From IMG/VR virus record IMGVR_UViG_3300009703_004110, positions 1 through 64,000 of that record: 64,000 bases of DNA. The stretch is one strand, 5' to 3'. The position numbers and the translations under genes are program-made. Under the pieces are notes generated by a model. That model was not told the DNA's origin and searched no databases. It was given only the letters and a program-made list of their open reading frames with translations. Shown piece by piece: positions 62,899-64,000 of this stretch (position 1 is the first letter of the stretch; each line of letters begins with the position of its first letter).

Positions 62899-63884
62899 TC
62901 TATCTCCGCAAGATCATTTTCATACATCTCTTTTAATAAGTCTTCACAACTATATGAAGGCTCCCAGCCAAGAACTTTCCTCGCCTTTGTCGCGTCACCC
63001 TTTAGAAAGTTAACCTCTGATGGCCTCATAAATCTTTCATCAACCCTGTAAACATCTTCGACCTTTAATCCGGCCAGATCCTCGCAGACGTACTTGAACA
63101 TTTCCCCAATGGACAGTGGGTTTCCTGTGGCAATTACATAATCATCCGGGACTTCTTGCTGTAACATCATCCATTGGGCCTCAACATAGTCCTTTGCGTG
63201 CCCTTCGTCACGGAAGGCTTCAAGGTTGCCCATTCTAACATGCTCCGCTAGACCACTTTTAACTGCCGCAATACCTTTGGTAATTTTTCTTGTTGCAAAG
63301 TCATGACCACGTCTTGGAGAGCTATGATTAAATAAGATGCCATTTGATGCATGTAATCCATACGCTTCTCTATAGTTAACTACAGCATAAAATGCCGCAG
63401 CCTTTGCTATGGCATATGGTGAACGAGGATGGAATCGGCTGTCTTCATTCAATCCCGCCTCTGGACAGTTAATACCACCAAATAACTCAGAGGTGCTAGC
63501 TTGATAGAACTTTGTGTGCGGTGACAACTGCTTAATCAAATCAAGCTGCATAATTACTGCCTCACCATCAACTCGGAAGGTTGTGATAGGCTCTTTGAAT
63601 GATTGACCAACGTGAGACATTGCGGCCAGATTGTAATATTCATCAGGCTGCCATTCGATCAGCAGCTTTCCAATAAAAGATGAATCTGTTATATCGGAAT
63701 AAAGCAGCTTAAAATTTTCATGCTTCAATATCTTCTCTAGATTCTCTAGTCCATTGTTAACAGACTTTCGCCTGGTTATTCCTATAACCGTGTATCCCTT
63801 CTTTAATAAAAATTCCGATAGGTATGAGCCATCCTGCCCTGCGCATCCGGTCACAATAGCCGTAAGGCTTTTACTTCTTTCCAT
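62895..63884 (-). CDS. gmd: GDP-mannose 4,6-dehydratase
   Basis: TG..GQDGSYL, NLAAMSHV, YQASTSELFG, PRSPY..AK, GILFNH; start at MERSK. Confidence 0.95.
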   Translation of the reverse strand: MERSKSLTAIVTGCAGQDGSYLSEFLLKKGYTVIGITRRKSVNNGLENLEKILKHENFKLLYSDITDSSFIGKLLIEWQPDEYYNLAAMSHVGQSFKEPITTFRVDGEAVIMQLDLIKQLSPHTKFYQASTSELFGGINCPEAGLNEDSRFHPRSPYAIAKAAAFYAVVNYREAYGLHASNGILFNHSSPRRGHDFATRKITKGIAAVKSGLAEHVRMGNLEAFRDEGHAKDYVEAQWMMLQQEVPDDYVIATGNPLSIGEMFKYVCEDLAGLKVEDVYRVDERFMRPSEVNFLKGDATKARKVLGWEPSYSCEDLLKEMYENDLAEIE

Positions 63885-64000
63885 TAATAATCTCCAATAA
63901 TAACTTTTTCCAAATCTCTCTATTAAAATTTGTTTTAGCATGGCAACTTCTACATAAAGTAATTAAATTAAGAACATTGTTATTAAACTTATCATAATCT

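Overview
This 64-kb window looks like part of a large (jumbo-type) tailed phage genome. It is densely coding, mostly on the minus strand, and carries no ribosomal, rRNA or tRNA genes that I could see. Replication and nucleotide genes include topA, a DnaB helicase with a DnaC-like loader, a UvsW-like helicase, class II RNR, tdk and dut. It also carries three inteins, three free-standing homing endonucleases, tail-fibre-like genes, a LysM-lysozyme, a tubulin/FtsZ-like GTPase and a glycosylation cluster that includes a GT29-like enzyme. Host-derived signalling and stress genes include PrkA-YeaH-SpoVR followed by a diadenylate cyclase and a sigma factor, a superoxide dismutase, IscA and an Nfu domain. 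The first ~2.4 kb is much more GC-rich (by eye ~60% vs ~35%) and holds five copies of a 35-bp palindrome built from two facing sigma54 -24/-12 boxes. The two strongest unexplained signals are (1) a shared ~30-aa N-terminal leader ending in K-x-A/S on seven unrelated proteins, including a three-domain protein kinase, the SOD and the lysozyme, suggesting a virion-cargo sorting and processing system, and (2) the double-sigma54 palindrome array. All family calls come from motif recognition by eye; no searches were run.
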